From the NCBI GenBank assembly GCA_044222185.1, contig JBGANV010000011.1, forward strand, positions 96,001 to 160,000: a stretch of DNA of 64,000 nt, given 5' to 3'. The notes beneath the pieces were generated by a model. It made no database searches, was not told the DNA's origin, and was given only the letters and a program-made list of their open reading frames with translations. Numbering within the stretch: position 1 is the stretch's first letter; each line of letters starts with the position of its first letter. Position numbers and translations under genes: made by a program. Origin of the DNA: Planctomycetota bacterium. Its GTDB lineage: Bacteria; Planctomycetota; GCA-002687715; CAIWVZ01. This document shows positions 39,845-50,418 of this stretch, in pieces.

Positions 39845-40693
39845 TCAGTTGATGTTCAGGCTCGCGACGCTCGTGACACCAATCTGGATCGTGAGCGTGG
39901 GATCGAAGAACGTGGTCACGGCGTAGAGGTCAGGCAACGCGGGCGAAAGCGCGCCCGGCGGGAGTGAGAAGTCGGCGATGCCAGCGAAATCGAGCGCGCC
40001 GATGAACGGCGCGACACCGGTCTGCGCCTGCTGCACCACGTCCAGAAGGCTGATGTGGAGGCCTTGCCACCATCCGAGGCCCGGGGACGTCGCGTTCGCC
40101 GTGTGGAAGCTGAACGCGGTGAAGTAGATCGCGCCAGCGAAACCGGCAGCGGGTGGCCCGTAGACGTGGACGAGCAAGCTGCCCGACCCCTGCGGCTGGC
40201 TCAACGTCAGCTCGACCGCGGGCGAGGTCAGACTCACGAGCCACGCGCCAGGCCCCCAGGTGATGACGTTGTTCTGGAAGCCGGTCCCGTCGATCGTCGT
40301 GAATCCCGGGCTGCTGAACGACTGCACGAGCCATCCATCCGGCGCCGTCGCGCTGGAGTGGTATCCGATCCAGCGCGGGCCGCCGTTCGAGAGGGTGTAC
40401 TGCGGCGCGCCCATCACGCTCACGAGAGTCTGCCCCGTCGGGGCGCTCTTCCCATTCAGTGCGTTGATCTGCGCGCTCGTCGCCCAGGTCCAGATCTGGC
40501 TCGACTGAACGAACGCGTTGATCGCCGCGCGCGTCTGGCCCACCCATAGCGCCGGGTCGTACCAATAGAGCCCCGTGGAGCTGTCGTAGAAGTACTGGCC
40601 GGATTGCCCCACGTTCACGAGCTGCGTGAAGGCCGGCGATCCGAGTCCGAGGCAGAGGATGGCGATGGTCAGCCCGCGATTTCTCGAAGTCAT
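39845..40693 (-). CDS. Exported protein with short N-domain plus C-terminal module (type A)
   Basis: Signal ...GSPAFT|Q; YDSSTGLYW..WATSAQI; tail LSQPQGSGSL...YFTAFS...PGLGWWQGLHI...PFIGALD. Confidence 0.82.
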   Translation of the reverse strand: MTSRNRGLTIAILCLGLGSPAFTQLVNVGQSGQYFYDSSTGLYWYDPALWVGQTRAAINAFVQSSQIWTWATSAQINALNGKSAPTGQTLVSVMGAPQYTLSNGGPRWIGYHSSATAPDGWLVQSFSSPGFTTIDGTGFQNNVITWGPGAWLVSLTSPAVELTLSQPQGSGSLLVHVYGPPAAGFAGAIYFTAFSFHTANATSPGLGWWQGLHISLLDVVQQAQTGVAPFIGALDFAGIADFSLPPGALSPALPDLYAVTTFFDPTLTIQIGVTSVASLNIN

Positions 40694-41028
40694 TGTGGTC
40701 CCTTTTCGGCGTTGACGTTGGCGAACTGCGGAGAGCGTCCACGGGGCGTGGTCGAGGCAGACATCCGACGATGCTGCGAGAGAAACGAACGAAAGCGAAG
40801 TCGCACTGGAGGCGCCAGGCTTGATCCGGTCAGCGCCGGCGCAAGCAACCCTCTCGAACGAGCGCGCACGGCACGGAGGAATCGAACCGCCCTCATGCCG
40901 CGCGCGTGATAGCCGCGGCAGTATCGGGCGGGGCCGGGTGCCAGTCAAGGCCGATGTGGGCTCGGTGACTGACGGCCCGCCACGCCATGGTCACGTTCGT
41001 ACACCGGGCCATCGCCTCAGTCGCGCGC

Positions 41029-41301
41029 TCAGGGGGTACCGAGAGCGGGATGAAACGCGACGTGAGCCGTGCCGATGAGGCCAAGGCGTTCGAGAACGGC
41101 ACTCGCCCGCTCGAACGTGCGGCGCGGCTCCCGCGTCGGGATGAAGATGTTGGCCTCCCCGCATCCCATGTCGTGGCCGTCGACGTCATCGCTCCTCGGA
41201 AGCGCGTCCGACAATTCGAGTTCCACGGCGATGAGACTGTCGTAGTCGATCAGCGCCGCTCCGGACCATTGGATGACGAGCTGGTATTCGTTTGCCTGCA
41301 C
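41029..41301 (-). CDS. Conserved hypothetical protein (VDGHDxGxGExNIFI motif)
   Basis: YQLVIQW...D.LI..E..L...VDGHDMGCGEANIFI.T..P...F; C-terminus may be shortened. Confidence 0.65.
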   Translation of the reverse strand: MQANEYQLVIQWSGAALIDYDSLIAVELELSDALPRSDDVDGHDMGCGEANIFIPTREPRRTFERASAVLERLGLIGTAHVAFHPALGTP

Positions 41302-41435
41302 GAGATCGACCTCGACGACGTTGCGATGACCACGATCCGTCCCACGCCGTCGGTGGCGTGCCGAGGACGCGCGTCACGGACTCCGAGCTCCGCTCCGAAG
41401 TCCGGTGCGCGGCTCCGGTGCGGATCGTACGCGCT

Positions 41436-42155
41436 TCAGGGCCGTCGATCCCACAGGCCGAGGGCGTCGGGTTCCGTGATGTACCAGAGGTTGAAGCGGA
41501 GGCCGTCGCGGAACGATTCGTCGACCTCGTCCTCCACGTTCATCGCCTGGATCGTCCGGCTGGATTGCTCCGCGGTCCGGGCGCAATACACATCCCAGGG
41601 CTCGACGCCCCGCCTTCCACCGGTGTCCCAGCCGCGAACACACCTGTTCCCCGCCCGATCGGGGATCACACCGTGAACCGTGCCGTCCACGATCGCCCAC
41701 ACCTCTCCTCCGAGCACAGCCTGCCGCGTCGCCGCGATCTCTTCGAGCACGTCGACGACATCGGCCCGACGCCATGCCAGCTCGCCGTTCGCGGCGCGGT
41801 AGGCGCGACCGGAGAACTCCGCCCGAAGGACAGGAACGTCGCCGAGCACGACGCCACGCGCCACGACCAACGGCCCCTCGACCAGCTCGAATGCGACGCC
41901 GGCCAGAAGGGCCGAGTCGTCGACCTGCTCGTCCATGAGCTCGAACTCGAATCGCTGTGGCAACCCGGGCTCGACTTCGGGGCCAGCGACGAGTCGGACG
42001 CCCAGGTAGTCACCGCCACCCTGCACGACCAGGTGCGGCATGTACCAGGCGCCGTTGGCACCCCACGGCTGTTGCGGCGGTACCCGGCGGCCTCCGTCTC
42101 GGTGCGCCAGGAACGTGAGATCGACGGCGATTCGCCGGGATGGTCGCGGACGCAT
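41436..42155 (-). CDS. Two-domain hypothetical: EF-Tu-domain-III-like barrel + Imm40-like domain
   Basis: FL...GGR..P...Y.PH...F.L.EG..VVARG.V, then GELAW...DV..VL......AVLGGEVW. Confidence 0.6.
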   Translation of the reverse strand: MRPRPSRRIAVDLTFLAHRDGGRRVPPQQPWGANGAWYMPHLVVQGGGDYLGVRLVAGPEVEPGLPQRFEFELMDEQVDDSALLAGVAFELVEGPLVVARGVVLGDVPVLRAEFSGRAYRAANGELAWRRADVVDVLEEIAATRQAVLGGEVWAIVDGTVHGVIPDRAGNRCVRGWDTGGRRGVEPWDVYCARTAEQSSRTIQAMNVEDEVDESFRDGLRFNLWYITEPDALGLWDRRP

Positions 42156-42432
42156 CCTGCCAGCCACGCCACCGTGCACTGTGAGTCGCTCCCCGCCTCG
42201 GTACCGCGCGCAGGTTGCCGCAGGCGGCGCGGCGACCGCGCCGGGTCGCAGTGCCGTCGACGTTTTCGCGAGCCGGCCACCGCGTCGCCGCCACGGACGC
42301 GGTCCGCTCGATCGCCAGCAACGCCGGCCGCGCGACGCACGAGATTCACTCGGCGGAGGCGCACGCGTCGCGCGGGTGCGACGCCCGGCGCTTCATCGAC
42401 GATGGCGGCGTTTTCCCCGTCAGGTCCGCGCG

Positions 42433-42963
42433 TCAGCTCTTCGGTTGTGGCCCGGGGCTGACCGTCGTCGTCTTCTTGTCGTTGGCCGTGGTCGCATCAC
42501 TCGGCGTGACCTCGAGCGTCCAACGGAGCTCTTTCTCGAAGTACTTCTTGTCGGTCGCCTCGAACTTGAAGACGTGTGTTTCGCCGACGGCGAGTTCAGG
42601 AATCGTCTCGCTCTTGACGCTCTCCGGCTTGCCGTCCTTTCCCTTGATCGTCAGGTAGGCGGTTCGCGAACCCTTGAACTCGCCGGGGCCGACGTTCTTC
42701 ACCGTCGCCGTGATCTCGAGAGTCTTCGCGTCCTTCCACTTCGCCGTGATCGAGAGCGCCGACAGGTCGGCCGGCTTCTCGACGGTAGGCTTGGAGTCCG
42801 TTTCCGTTCCGTTGTCCTTCGGAGCGGCCCCTCGGTTGGAGCCACCGCTGCCGCCCCGCGCCCCGCCGCCGCGACCGCCGCGGCCGCCGCCCCGTCCCTG
42901 TGCATCGAGCATGGCCGGCAGAACCGCCAGCAACACGACGACAATCAACCAAGCCTTGTTCAT
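42433..42963 (-). CDS. Exported protein with Gly/Arg-rich N-terminus and CARDB/Ig-like domain
   Basis: Signal ...AMLDA|Q; GRGGGRGGRGGG; ADLS...ITATVKNVG...IPELAVGE...ANDK. Confidence 0.8.
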   Translation of the reverse strand: MNKAWLIVVVLLAVLPAMLDAQGRGGGRGGRGGGARGGSGGSNRGAAPKDNGTETDSKPTVEKPADLSALSITAKWKDAKTLEITATVKNVGPGEFKGSRTAYLTIKGKDGKPESVKSETIPELAVGETHVFKFEATDKKYFEKELRWTLEVTPSDATTANDKKTTTVSPGPQPKS

Positions 42964-43524
42964 CTGAGTTCCTTTCGCGACGCGTCCGGGAGTCGGGTTG
43001 GGGCCGAACTCGGACCTCCGACAGGTTATTCAACGCACGGGCCCCTGTCACCTTTCCGCCTCACCGCTCCCCCACTGGCTTGCTCGATCGACGCCGCGCG
43101 ATCGGCCACGCGACACCGGCGCAGAACCGAGCCGGACGAGCCGGTTCCAGCCTGCGACAGCCCCGCCGGATTACCCGTCGTCCGCGCCCCAACGCGACGT
43201 AACCCGCTCGACCGAACGCGCGTACCTCGCCGGCCAGCCCGGTGAGGGGTGGTGGACGGGCGCCGCGGCATCAGGCCGAATCGGGCCGTTTTCACCGGCC
43301 AAGAGCGTCTCTATTGCGCGAGGTCCCGCAACCTTCGGCGGCGCGTCCACGACTCCCATCGCCCCGGGCCGCGCCGTCGTTCCCGGCTGAACCCCGCCTG
43401 AGGGACCCGGCCCGTGCATCCCTCACACGGCAGCGCCGCCGGGAGCATCCGTGAGCCTGCCGCTTGGGCCTGAGTCGCCCCGGACCTCCACGGGACCGCG
43501 ATTCCCGGCCGGTACACTCCCGCC

Positions 43525-44403
43525 ATGCCATCCACCCGCAAACCGAGTCCGAAGGCGGCGAAGGCCGTCGTCAAGAAAACACCCCCCAAGAAGGCCGCCG
43601 TCGAGAAGGCCGCTCCGAAGAAGTCCGCGGCCGTGAAGCCCGCGTCCAAGAACACGAAGCCAGCGGGCGAAGCCATGTCGCTCGCGGACGTCATGCGTGC
43701 TCTCGAGAAGGCCGGGTCCGAGAAGACCCGGAAGACCTACGCGCGACACGGCGCCACGGGCCCCATGTTCGGGGTGGCCTTCGGAACGCTATTCGACCTC
43801 CAAAAACGGATCCGCGTCGATCATTCGCTCGCGCTCGCATTGTGGGATACGGGCAACGTCGACGCGCGCAACCTCGCGATGAAGATCGCAGACCCCGCCG
43901 TGATGAAACCGGCGGACCTCGATCGCTGGGCGCGCGAGAACGCCATGCGAATGTGCAATCTGTACATCGGAAGTCTCGCGTCCGAGTCGCCCCACGGTGC
44001 GACGAAGGCGCGTGAGTGGCTCGCCTCGTCCGACGTGAAGCTCCGCGCCGCCGGCTGGACGCTCGTCGGCATCCTCGCCAATCGCGACGAGTCATCGCCG
44101 GATGCGGTCTTCACCAAGTACCTCGAGCAGATCGAGAAGGGCATCCACGGAGCCCCCAACGAGGAGAAGGGCGCGATGAACGGCGCGCTCATCGCGATCG
44201 GAGGTCGCAGCGCGGCACTGCGAAAGTCCGCGTGCGCCGCCGCGAAGCGCATCGGCAAGGTCGAGGTCGATCACGGCGACACCGCCTGCGAGACGCCGGA
44301 CGCGATCCCGTACATCGACAAGCTGTGGGCGCGCTCGGATGGGAAGTTCCCCTCGCCTGCCGCCGCGGAGCGCTCACGGGAATCGATGCGAACACGGTGC
44401 TGA
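43525..44403 (+). CDS. DNA alkylation repair (AlkD-like HEAT) protein with N-terminal histone-H1-like K/A/P tail
   Basis: RHGA..PMFGV, DHSLALALWDTGN.DAR.LA, IGKVEVDHGDT.C.TPDA; first ~50 aa include KKTPPKKAAVEKAAPKKSAA. Confidence 0.85.
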   Translation: MPSTRKPSPKAAKAVVKKTPPKKAAVEKAAPKKSAAVKPASKNTKPAGEAMSLADVMRALEKAGSEKTRKTYARHGATGPMFGVAFGTLFDLQKRIRVDHSLALALWDTGNVDARNLAMKIADPAVMKPADLDRWARENAMRMCNLYIGSLASESPHGATKAREWLASSDVKLRAAGWTLVGILANRDESSPDAVFTKYLEQIEKGIHGAPNEEKGAMNGALIAIGGRSAALRKSACAAAKRIGKVEVDHGDTACETPDAIPYIDKLWARSDGKFPSPAAAERSRESMRTRC

Positions 44404-44562
44404 TGCGGCGCGTTCGGCCAGCGTCGCGCGAGTGCGCGAGGCGCCGGCATCAGCGCGCAGCCCCGCCCCCAGATCCGAGGAACGGCGCCACCTGCGAAGC
44501 CCAGCCGCGCGACGCCGCGGCCGATTTCACGCCGAGCAACCGGAGGCGCGGCGGCGACCGGA

Positions 44563-45393
44563 TCACCCGCCCTTCGCGCCCTTGCCGCGAAGCGTCTCGA
44601 GGAGATCCGCCACCTGGGCCGCGAATTTCATCCGCTGGAAGATGATGCCTGGTGCGCCGCGGTCACCCCCGAAGGAGCGCGCCTGATACTCGCGCGTCTT
44701 CGCCGCATAGTTCGTGAGGAACCGCGAGAGCGGCTCCACCGCTGGCGTGCCGATCTGGCGGAGCCGCACGGCTACGGACTCGAACTCGATCTCGTCCTTC
44801 GCGAGTCGGCCTATCAGGGCATCGACCTCCGCAGAGACTGAGGGCGATGCCACGGGCGCGCCGGGCTCGTTCGCCCCCGCCTCGCCGCACGAGGAGAACG
44901 TCGCGAAGCAGGTCGCCGCGAGAAACATCGCCGCGGCGATCCCACCCTCGGGTCGGGGTAGCCCAGGGCGCGAGGCCTCACCCGAGGGCTGCGCCCCTCG
45001 GCGCAGCTTCCCTCGGATGGCGATGACGGAGGCCGCGATGACGGTGCCGACGCCGACGAAGAGGAACCTTTGGACCCAAGCGGCCTCGCGATGAGCCCGC
45101 GCCTCGAACTCCTGCGACGCAGACCAGTTCTTCCTGGCGACGGCGGCATTGATCGCCGCCGCAGTCGGGTCATCTCGCTGCGCACTCGAACGGTCGCCCA
45201 ATCTGCCGGTGGGCGTGATTCCGTAATGCGCAGCGAGCGTCTCGTTCATCTCTTCCTCGGACATCGTCGTCGGGAAGAGCAGGAGTGACGTCGCGCCAAG
45301 TACACACGCGACGGCTGCAAGCGTCCCGACGGCTCTCCAGGAAACGCGCCGCCGCGTGGATACCGCATCTGATCGTGGATTCGTGACGGACAT
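44563..45393 (-). CDS. Hypothetical membrane protein, possibly chimeric, with HEAT-like C-part
   Basis: RBS GGAGG; 2-3 hydrophobic segments; LRQIGTPAVEPL HEAT-like helix. Confidence 0.6.
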   Translation of the reverse strand: MSVTNPRSDAVSTRRRVSWRAVGTLAAVACVLGATSLLLFPTTMSEEEMNETLAAHYGITPTGRLGDRSSAQRDDPTAAAINAAVARKNWSASQEFEARAHREAAWVQRFLFVGVGTVIAASVIAIRGKLRRGAQPSGEASRPGLPRPEGGIAAAMFLAATCFATFSSCGEAGANEPGAPVASPSVSAEVDALIGRLAKDEIEFESVAVRLRQIGTPAVEPLSRFLTNYAAKTREYQARSFGGDRGAPGIIFQRMKFAAQVADLLETLRGKGAKGG

Positions 45394-45474
45394 GCGATCG
45401 ACCCTCCCTTGACTGCGCGGCAGCGGCGCTCATGTCCCCGGGTCCCTCCATCGGGGCGCAAACGTCCGCCGCGC

Positions 45475-46422
45475 TCAATTCTTCATCTGCAAGTGTTCCC
45501 GTGCGTTCTTCAGTGAGCGCTGTGCGATCGAGTCGCCTGGGCGGAGCGCGAGCGTCCGCTCTGCTTCGGTGCACGTGTCCTCCCAGCGCTCCAGCTGGTG
45601 GTACACGGCCGTGAGCCAGGAGTGCGCATCGGCGTCGTCGGGCGCGAGTTCGATCGCCCGTTTCAACGGCGCGATGGCGGCTTCGGACCTGCCCGATAGA
45701 TGCAGCGCCCGCCCGAGGTTGGAATGCGCCCTCGGGAAGTCGTTCCGCAAGGCGATCGTTCGCTCACATTCCGCGATGGCGTGCCCCCAGTCTTTCAGCT
45801 CCCCACGCACCATCGCCAATCGGAAATGCGTTTGCGGATCCGCCGGGTCGAGCTCCGCGATCACGGTGAGTTCCTGAAGCGCCTCTTCCCATCGACGCAA
45901 CCTCGACAGGGCGTCCGTGAGATTCGCCCGAGGTTTGACGTACGTCCGGTCGAGCGCCATCGCGCGGCGGAACGCATCGATCGCGGCCTCGTCGTTGCCG
46001 AGCGCCGCATGAGCCGAGCCGAGGGTGTTGAAGGTCTTCGGGTTGGTCGCGTCCAGCGCGATCGCACGCTGGCAGGCCGCCACGGCCTCGGCGCTCTTGC
46101 CGCTCGCCAGCAAGGCCCAGCCGAGATTGCTGTGAGCCTTGGCGTTCGACGGATCGATGCTGATGGCTTTTCGCGTCTCCTCGACGGCCTCGCCCCACTG
46201 CTCGATCTGTCCCAACGCATGCCCGAGCTTGCGGTGCAACTCGGCATCGTTCGGGTTCTGCGCGACCGCCTCCCGGAAGGACCGGGCGGCCTCGCGATAG
46301 TCGCCCTTGGCGGCAGCGTCATTCGCGCGCTCGACCGCAGGCCGTGAATCACACCCGCAGAGGGCGACGAGGATGCACGCGAGACAAGGACTCAGAAGTA
46401 CGCGCCGATTCGAACGTGACAT
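45475..46422 (-). CDS. TPR-repeat lipoprotein
   Basis: Lipobox LCGC; about 8 TPR units (AHSNLG.AL...G...EA......A..L.P). Confidence 0.9.
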   Translation of the reverse strand: MSRSNRRVLLSPCLACILVALCGCDSRPAVERANDAAAKGDYREAARSFREAVAQNPNDAELHRKLGHALGQIEQWGEAVEETRKAISIDPSNAKAHSNLGWALLASGKSAEAVAACQRAIALDATNPKTFNTLGSAHAALGNDEAAIDAFRRAMALDRTYVKPRANLTDALSRLRRWEEALQELTVIAELDPADPQTHFRLAMVRGELKDWGHAIAECERTIALRNDFPRAHSNLGRALHLSGRSEAAIAPLKRAIELAPDDADAHSWLTAVYHQLERWEDTCTEAERTLALRPGDSIAQRSLKNAREHLQMKN

Positions 46423-46689
46423 CTCGAAACTCGACCTGAGGCTCCACCAAACCGAACTCAGGACAAGATAGACAGACCGCGATCAGAGTTACGCGAGCTC
46501 CGTTGGATCGAAGACTGCGAATCCCCTCCCTCCGTCTCGTCGATCGTATGTCCCCAAATCAGGACGCCGCGGACCCCGGTAGTCCGGACGCATGTCCCGC
46601 AGTGACGCTCGCTCCGCCATGTCTGGGGGCCATGTGAACTCTCTGGCTCCGCCGTCGAGATCGATGTCGCGCGGAGCGCGCGAGAACGT

Positions 46690-47025
46690 CTATCCCCAAC
46701 TCCGTCCCGTGTACCAGGAGGGGCGGTCGGCCGCGCGGCCGTGCCAGCCCCAGTCATCGAGGGTGGACGCGAAGGGCTCCCTCCGAAAGATCCGATAGGA
46801 CGCACCGAGTCGAGAGACTCTGTAGCCCGTCGCCTCGATCTCGCCGAGTTCCGCCGGATCGGCCGACGTCACGACGATCCCTCGCGGACCGCCGAAGTCG
46901 GAAAGGAACGCCTCGAGTCGCAACTCGCCGCCGTCGGGTCGCGGAACCACGAACGGAGCGACGACTCGTATCCGGAGGGCCGTCCCGACCTCCGCCCACG
47001 CACGGCTGATGTCTGCGTCGAACAT
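46690..47025 (-). CDS. Conserved hypothetical protein
   Basis: RBS AAGGAAGG; W......L.I.V.APF, DFG.P.G, L.DWGW.G....P.W.TG. Confidence 0.7.
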   Translation of the reverse strand: MFDADISRAWAEVGTALRIRVVAPFVVPRPDGGELRLEAFLSDFGGPRGIVVTSADPAELGEIEATGYRVSRLGASYRIFRREPFASTLDDWGWHGRAADRPSWYTGRSWG

Positions 47026-47124
47026 GCCCTTCCTTCATCGAGCCCGCGACGCGTCGGTCTACGGAGCGAAAGTCAGACCTGGCGCCCGGACTCGAGTGAG
47101 CGATTCTGCCAGCGGGATCGACGC

Positions 47125-48642
47125 TCAACGCAGGATGAGGTCGACCGCCGGCGACAGGCTGTAGCCTCCGTTGGCGGCGAGCGGATCGATCACGACGCCC
47201 TGCAAGCGGCACGTGATTCCAGCAACCCCTGGTGGAACGAGGAACACGACGTCGATGCCAGCGGGCGGCATCAATGGCAGACCGAACGGAGAGATCGGCG
47301 CACCGAAGACGAAGATCGCCGACGCGGGATCGACGTGGAGGACGCCTGCGTAGCCCGAGGGAGGGAGTCCGCTGGCGAATGCCTGGCCGACGAGCGCGCA
47401 GGGTCCGAACGCCGTTCCCTGGAACCGTGCGACGACCATGTCCCCGACGGATGCATGCTTCTGCATCTCCGTCCACAGCCCCGCGCCGTTCACCTGCAAG
47501 CCGAGGAGCGCGCGGCCGTCCTCCGTCCCACCGAGCCATTCGTCGGCACCCATGTCCGGCAACGCGGCCGCCGGGCCGCAAACCCGTGGATCACCGTCGA
47601 GGTCGGTCGCAGGGAGGCCGCCGGGCACATCGAGGGTCCCCGCTCCGCGGCACGGCGAATCGGATCGCAGATGCAGGCCGAACCCAGCCTCGAATCCAAT
47701 CGAGCCCGGAGCGCGCACGAACCTCGGATCCAGGGACACGTTGCCAACTCCGGGATATGCGCCGCTCACGTCGCAAGAGCGAACGTCGAGCGAGTCGCCG
47801 ATGAACTCGCCCGGGCTCGGGCCGATCGTGTTGGATCCCGAGTCGTCCCAGAAGATCGAGTTCAGGACGACGCCTCCCCACGAAATCAGTCCGCCGGGCG
47901 CGCCTCCGTCCGGCCCTCCGGTGGGTGTCCCGCCGGAGTTCGCCGTGAAGGTGCAGTGGATGATCGTCGCGGAACCGAATGCGTGAACGCCGCCGGCACC
48001 GACTTCGATGCCGGTGTTCCACGGGAAGCCACCGCGATCGCCTCCGACGTTCTGGGTGACGATCGTGTCGACCAGCAGCAAGTCACCCGAGCCATCGATT
48101 CCCCCACCGGCACCCGGCCCAGGGCTCTGAACGACGAAGGGATAGCCGCCGACGTACCCATCTCCACCAGCGCCTCCGCGGTTGTCGACGATGATGCAGC
48201 GGATGACCTGGAGAGGGCCATTGAACTGGATGCCGCCACCACCGCCGCGGCCTCCCGGCTCGAATTCCGTCGCCGCGAGTCCCGCAGCACCTCGACCGTG
48301 AGTCACGGTGAGGCCGATGATCGCGGAACCTGCCGAGGCCAGGATGATCGGGTCCAGGTCGTCGCCATGGACGACGGTCGCCTGCGGTCCGTCGGGCGCG
48401 ATCAACGTCGTACCGGATGGCATCGAGATGTGGCGCTCGTGATAGACGCCGCGCCCCACTCGGATCGTGTCGCCCGTCGACGCCATCGCGACGCCAGCCT
48501 GGATGGTCGGGAACGGGAACTGGAGGCTCCCGTCTCCGGGAGGCGTGGCCGTTGCCGACACGTGCCACACGGACTGCGCGTGCACGGTCCAGACCAGGAG
48601 GATGAGCGCCAGCGAGTGCGTGCCGATGCGAATGCGGACCAT
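47125..48642 (-). CDS. Exported Gly-rich beta-helix protein with C-terminal module (type B), paralogous to 16947-18683
   Basis: RBS GGAGG; signal WTVHA|Q; GDGS..FPFPTIQAG, DPRFV, SPC..AG, DLDG.PR, DMGADE; tail FLVPPGVAGITCRLQGVVIDPLAANG. Confidence 0.87.
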   Translation of the reverse strand: MVRIRIGTHSLALILLVWTVHAQSVWHVSATATPPGDGSLQFPFPTIQAGVAMASTGDTIRVGRGVYHERHISMPSGTTLIAPDGPQATVVHGDDLDPIILASAGSAIIGLTVTHGRGAAGLAATEFEPGGRGGGGGIQFNGPLQVIRCIIVDNRGGAGGDGYVGGYPFVVQSPGPGAGGGIDGSGDLLLVDTIVTQNVGGDRGGFPWNTGIEVGAGGVHAFGSATIIHCTFTANSGGTPTGGPDGGAPGGLISWGGVVLNSIFWDDSGSNTIGPSPGEFIGDSLDVRSCDVSGAYPGVGNVSLDPRFVRAPGSIGFEAGFGLHLRSDSPCRGAGTLDVPGGLPATDLDGDPRVCGPAAALPDMGADEWLGGTEDGRALLGLQVNGAGLWTEMQKHASVGDMVVARFQGTAFGPCALVGQAFASGLPPSGYAGVLHVDPASAIFVFGAPISPFGLPLMPPAGIDVVFLVPPGVAGITCRLQGVVIDPLAANGGYSLSPAVDLILR

Positions 48643-48921
48643 TAGTCACCTCCGTTCGCGCTTCGTCGTGCGATCACGCGCAGCCTATGAGTCGACGACG
48701 GACGCGGGAATGCGCCGATGGACGCACCGCCATCGGGAATGGAGGCGCACGACGGGACTGGATACTGAGATGAACACGCGACGTCGCGGTGGCGGCACTT
48801 GCGCGCCGCTTGCGTCGCGCGCGACCCTCTGCGCATGTCTATCGACGCCGGCGTGAACGGCCTGCGATCGCAGTCACGTCATCGGGCCGATGGCCGCTCG
48901 GGGTGGACCCGTCCGCGCCCG

Positions 48922-49380
48922 TCAGTCGCCCAGCACGCCCGTGAGCGTGGGTGGCAGGAGGCACACGAGGACGAGCGCGACGGTCGTGTTCATGCCGATG
49001 AACAGCAGGCTCGAGAGTGCCAACGCAGCGGAACCGGAGCGTCGGGCGATGAGACCGGACCACGCCAGCCCGATCAGGCACGCGGAGACGAGCACGACGA
49101 GAGTCATCCAGTCGGAGAAGGCCCTCGACCACGCCATCGCGAACGCAGCGGCGGTCGGCACGTGGGTGACCGCGACGACTCGCCAATGGGCGCGCCGCAG
49201 ACCCCTCGGAATGAACGCGGCGACGCCAGACTCGATCCCCATTGCCACGACGAGCGGGAGCGCCCACATCGGCACCAGGTACGGGGCTCGGCCGACCGCG
49301 AGCGCCGTGGCGATGAATGCGATGGCGATTCCGCCCATGACGAATGGGATGGGAGTGTCTTGCCGACTGCCGTCTCGCAT
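48922..49380 (-). CDS. Hypothetical integral membrane protein
   Basis: 4-5 hydrophobic segments; start uncertain. Confidence 0.6.
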   Translation of the reverse strand: MRDGSRQDTPIPFVMGGIAIAFIATALAVGRAPYLVPMWALPLVVAMGIESGVAAFIPRGLRRAHWRVVAVTHVPTAAAFAMAWSRAFSDWMTLVVLVSACLIGLAWSGLIARRSGSAALALSSLLFIGMNTTVALVLVCLLPPTLTGVLGD

Positions 49381-49474
49381 GCGTTCAGTGATGGAGAGTT
49401 CCCTCCTCGACCGGCAGGCCATCAGTGGAAGCGCGACCGACGATGACGGGCCGTTCGGAGCGCGGCATGACCTG

Positions 49475-49738
49475 TCACCCCTGGTCGTCGGCGGCCGCGG
49501 CCTGATCCCGCTCCGCGTCTCGCCCCTCGACGAGCCCGAAACGCCGTGCAACGACGATGAAGATCCACAGAAGAAAGCCGCTGACTGGGACCACTGGCGC
49601 GGCCGCCGCGACCGCGAATGCGGCCAGCTCGCCGTCGGACTGCGACAGGACGAACCCCGCGCCAGCGAGCACCCAGAGTGCGATGAGCACGAACCACATG
49701 TCGCGTGCTGCCGCGAGCCGCGGTCTCGGGTCGTTCAT
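49475..49738 (-). CDS. Small hypothetical membrane protein
   Basis: ATGA overlap with the upstream gene; two TM segments. Confidence 0.55.
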   Translation of the reverse strand: MNDPRPRLAAARDMWFVLIALWVLAGAGFVLSQSDGELAAFAVAAAAPVVPVSGFLLWIFIVVARRFGLVEGRDAERDQAAAADDQG

Positions 49739-50418
49739 CGTCCCGCCCGATCCGCGGCGTTCGCGCGTTCGATGTAGGGGGCGAGGCCAGTCGAGCACAC
49801 CTCTCCCATGCGCCCGAAGGCTGCCTCGATCACGGCGCAGAACGCCGTTCGCTGTTGCGGCGTGACGCGTCGGTCGAGGGAGACCTCCATCCAGATCGCG
49901 TCGTAGAAGCAGCGCGCGCGGACGCCGCTCGAAACTCCGTTTTCGTCGACGTGAAACGAAACGACGTGCCACGATCGCACCGCCTCCGGCCGAGAGTCCG
50001 GTGGGCCCTGTGCGACCACGGTCCACGGCTCGTCGCTCGCGAGCAACGCCGCGCGCCGCCTCCGGATGCCTTCGGTGCCCTCGACGCCGAGGTGGCCCAC
50101 GCCCTCCTGTCCCCCGGGTCCCGACAACCAGCGCTGCGAGCAAAACCGCGTCGAACTCCGATCGAAGCGAAACCGCACGAAGCCGTGCTCGGACGCCGGC
50201 GCTGCCGGCAGCCCGGCGGCGACCCAGACCGCGCGCGGGAGAATCTTCTCGAATGCGCCGTCGAGGTCGCGCTCGGCCTGCTTGACTTCCGGATGCATGG
50301 CGTCGTCGACGCGGGACTCGACGAGGCCCCATGCGGGCGACCCCCCGATGACGATTCCCCACGCCGACGCAATCGCCAGGATCGGCAGCGCGGCCGTGAC
50401 GAGGGCGCGACGAAGCAT
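49735..50418 (-). CDS. Hypothetical exported or membrane-anchored protein
   Basis: N-terminal hydrophobic segment; globular-looking composition unlike the shadow frames. Confidence 0.55.
   Translation of the reverse strand: MLRRALVTAALPILAIASAWGIVIGGSPAWGLVESRVDDAMHPEVKQAERDLDGAFEKILPRAVWVAAGLPAAPASEHGFVRFRFDRSSTRFCSQRWLSGPGGQEGVGHLGVEGTEGIRRRRAALLASDEPWTVVAQGPPDSRPEAVRSWHVVSFHVDENGVSSGVRARCFYDAIWMEVSLDRRVTPQQRTAFCAVIEAAFGRMGEVCSTGLAPYIERANAADRAGR

Noticed and set aside
40990-41035. Possible Sec read-through or frameshift at the UGA ending 41029-41301
   Set aside because: A second in-frame UGA follows after three codons, with no redox motif or hairpin; a frameshift in the C5 run cannot be supported
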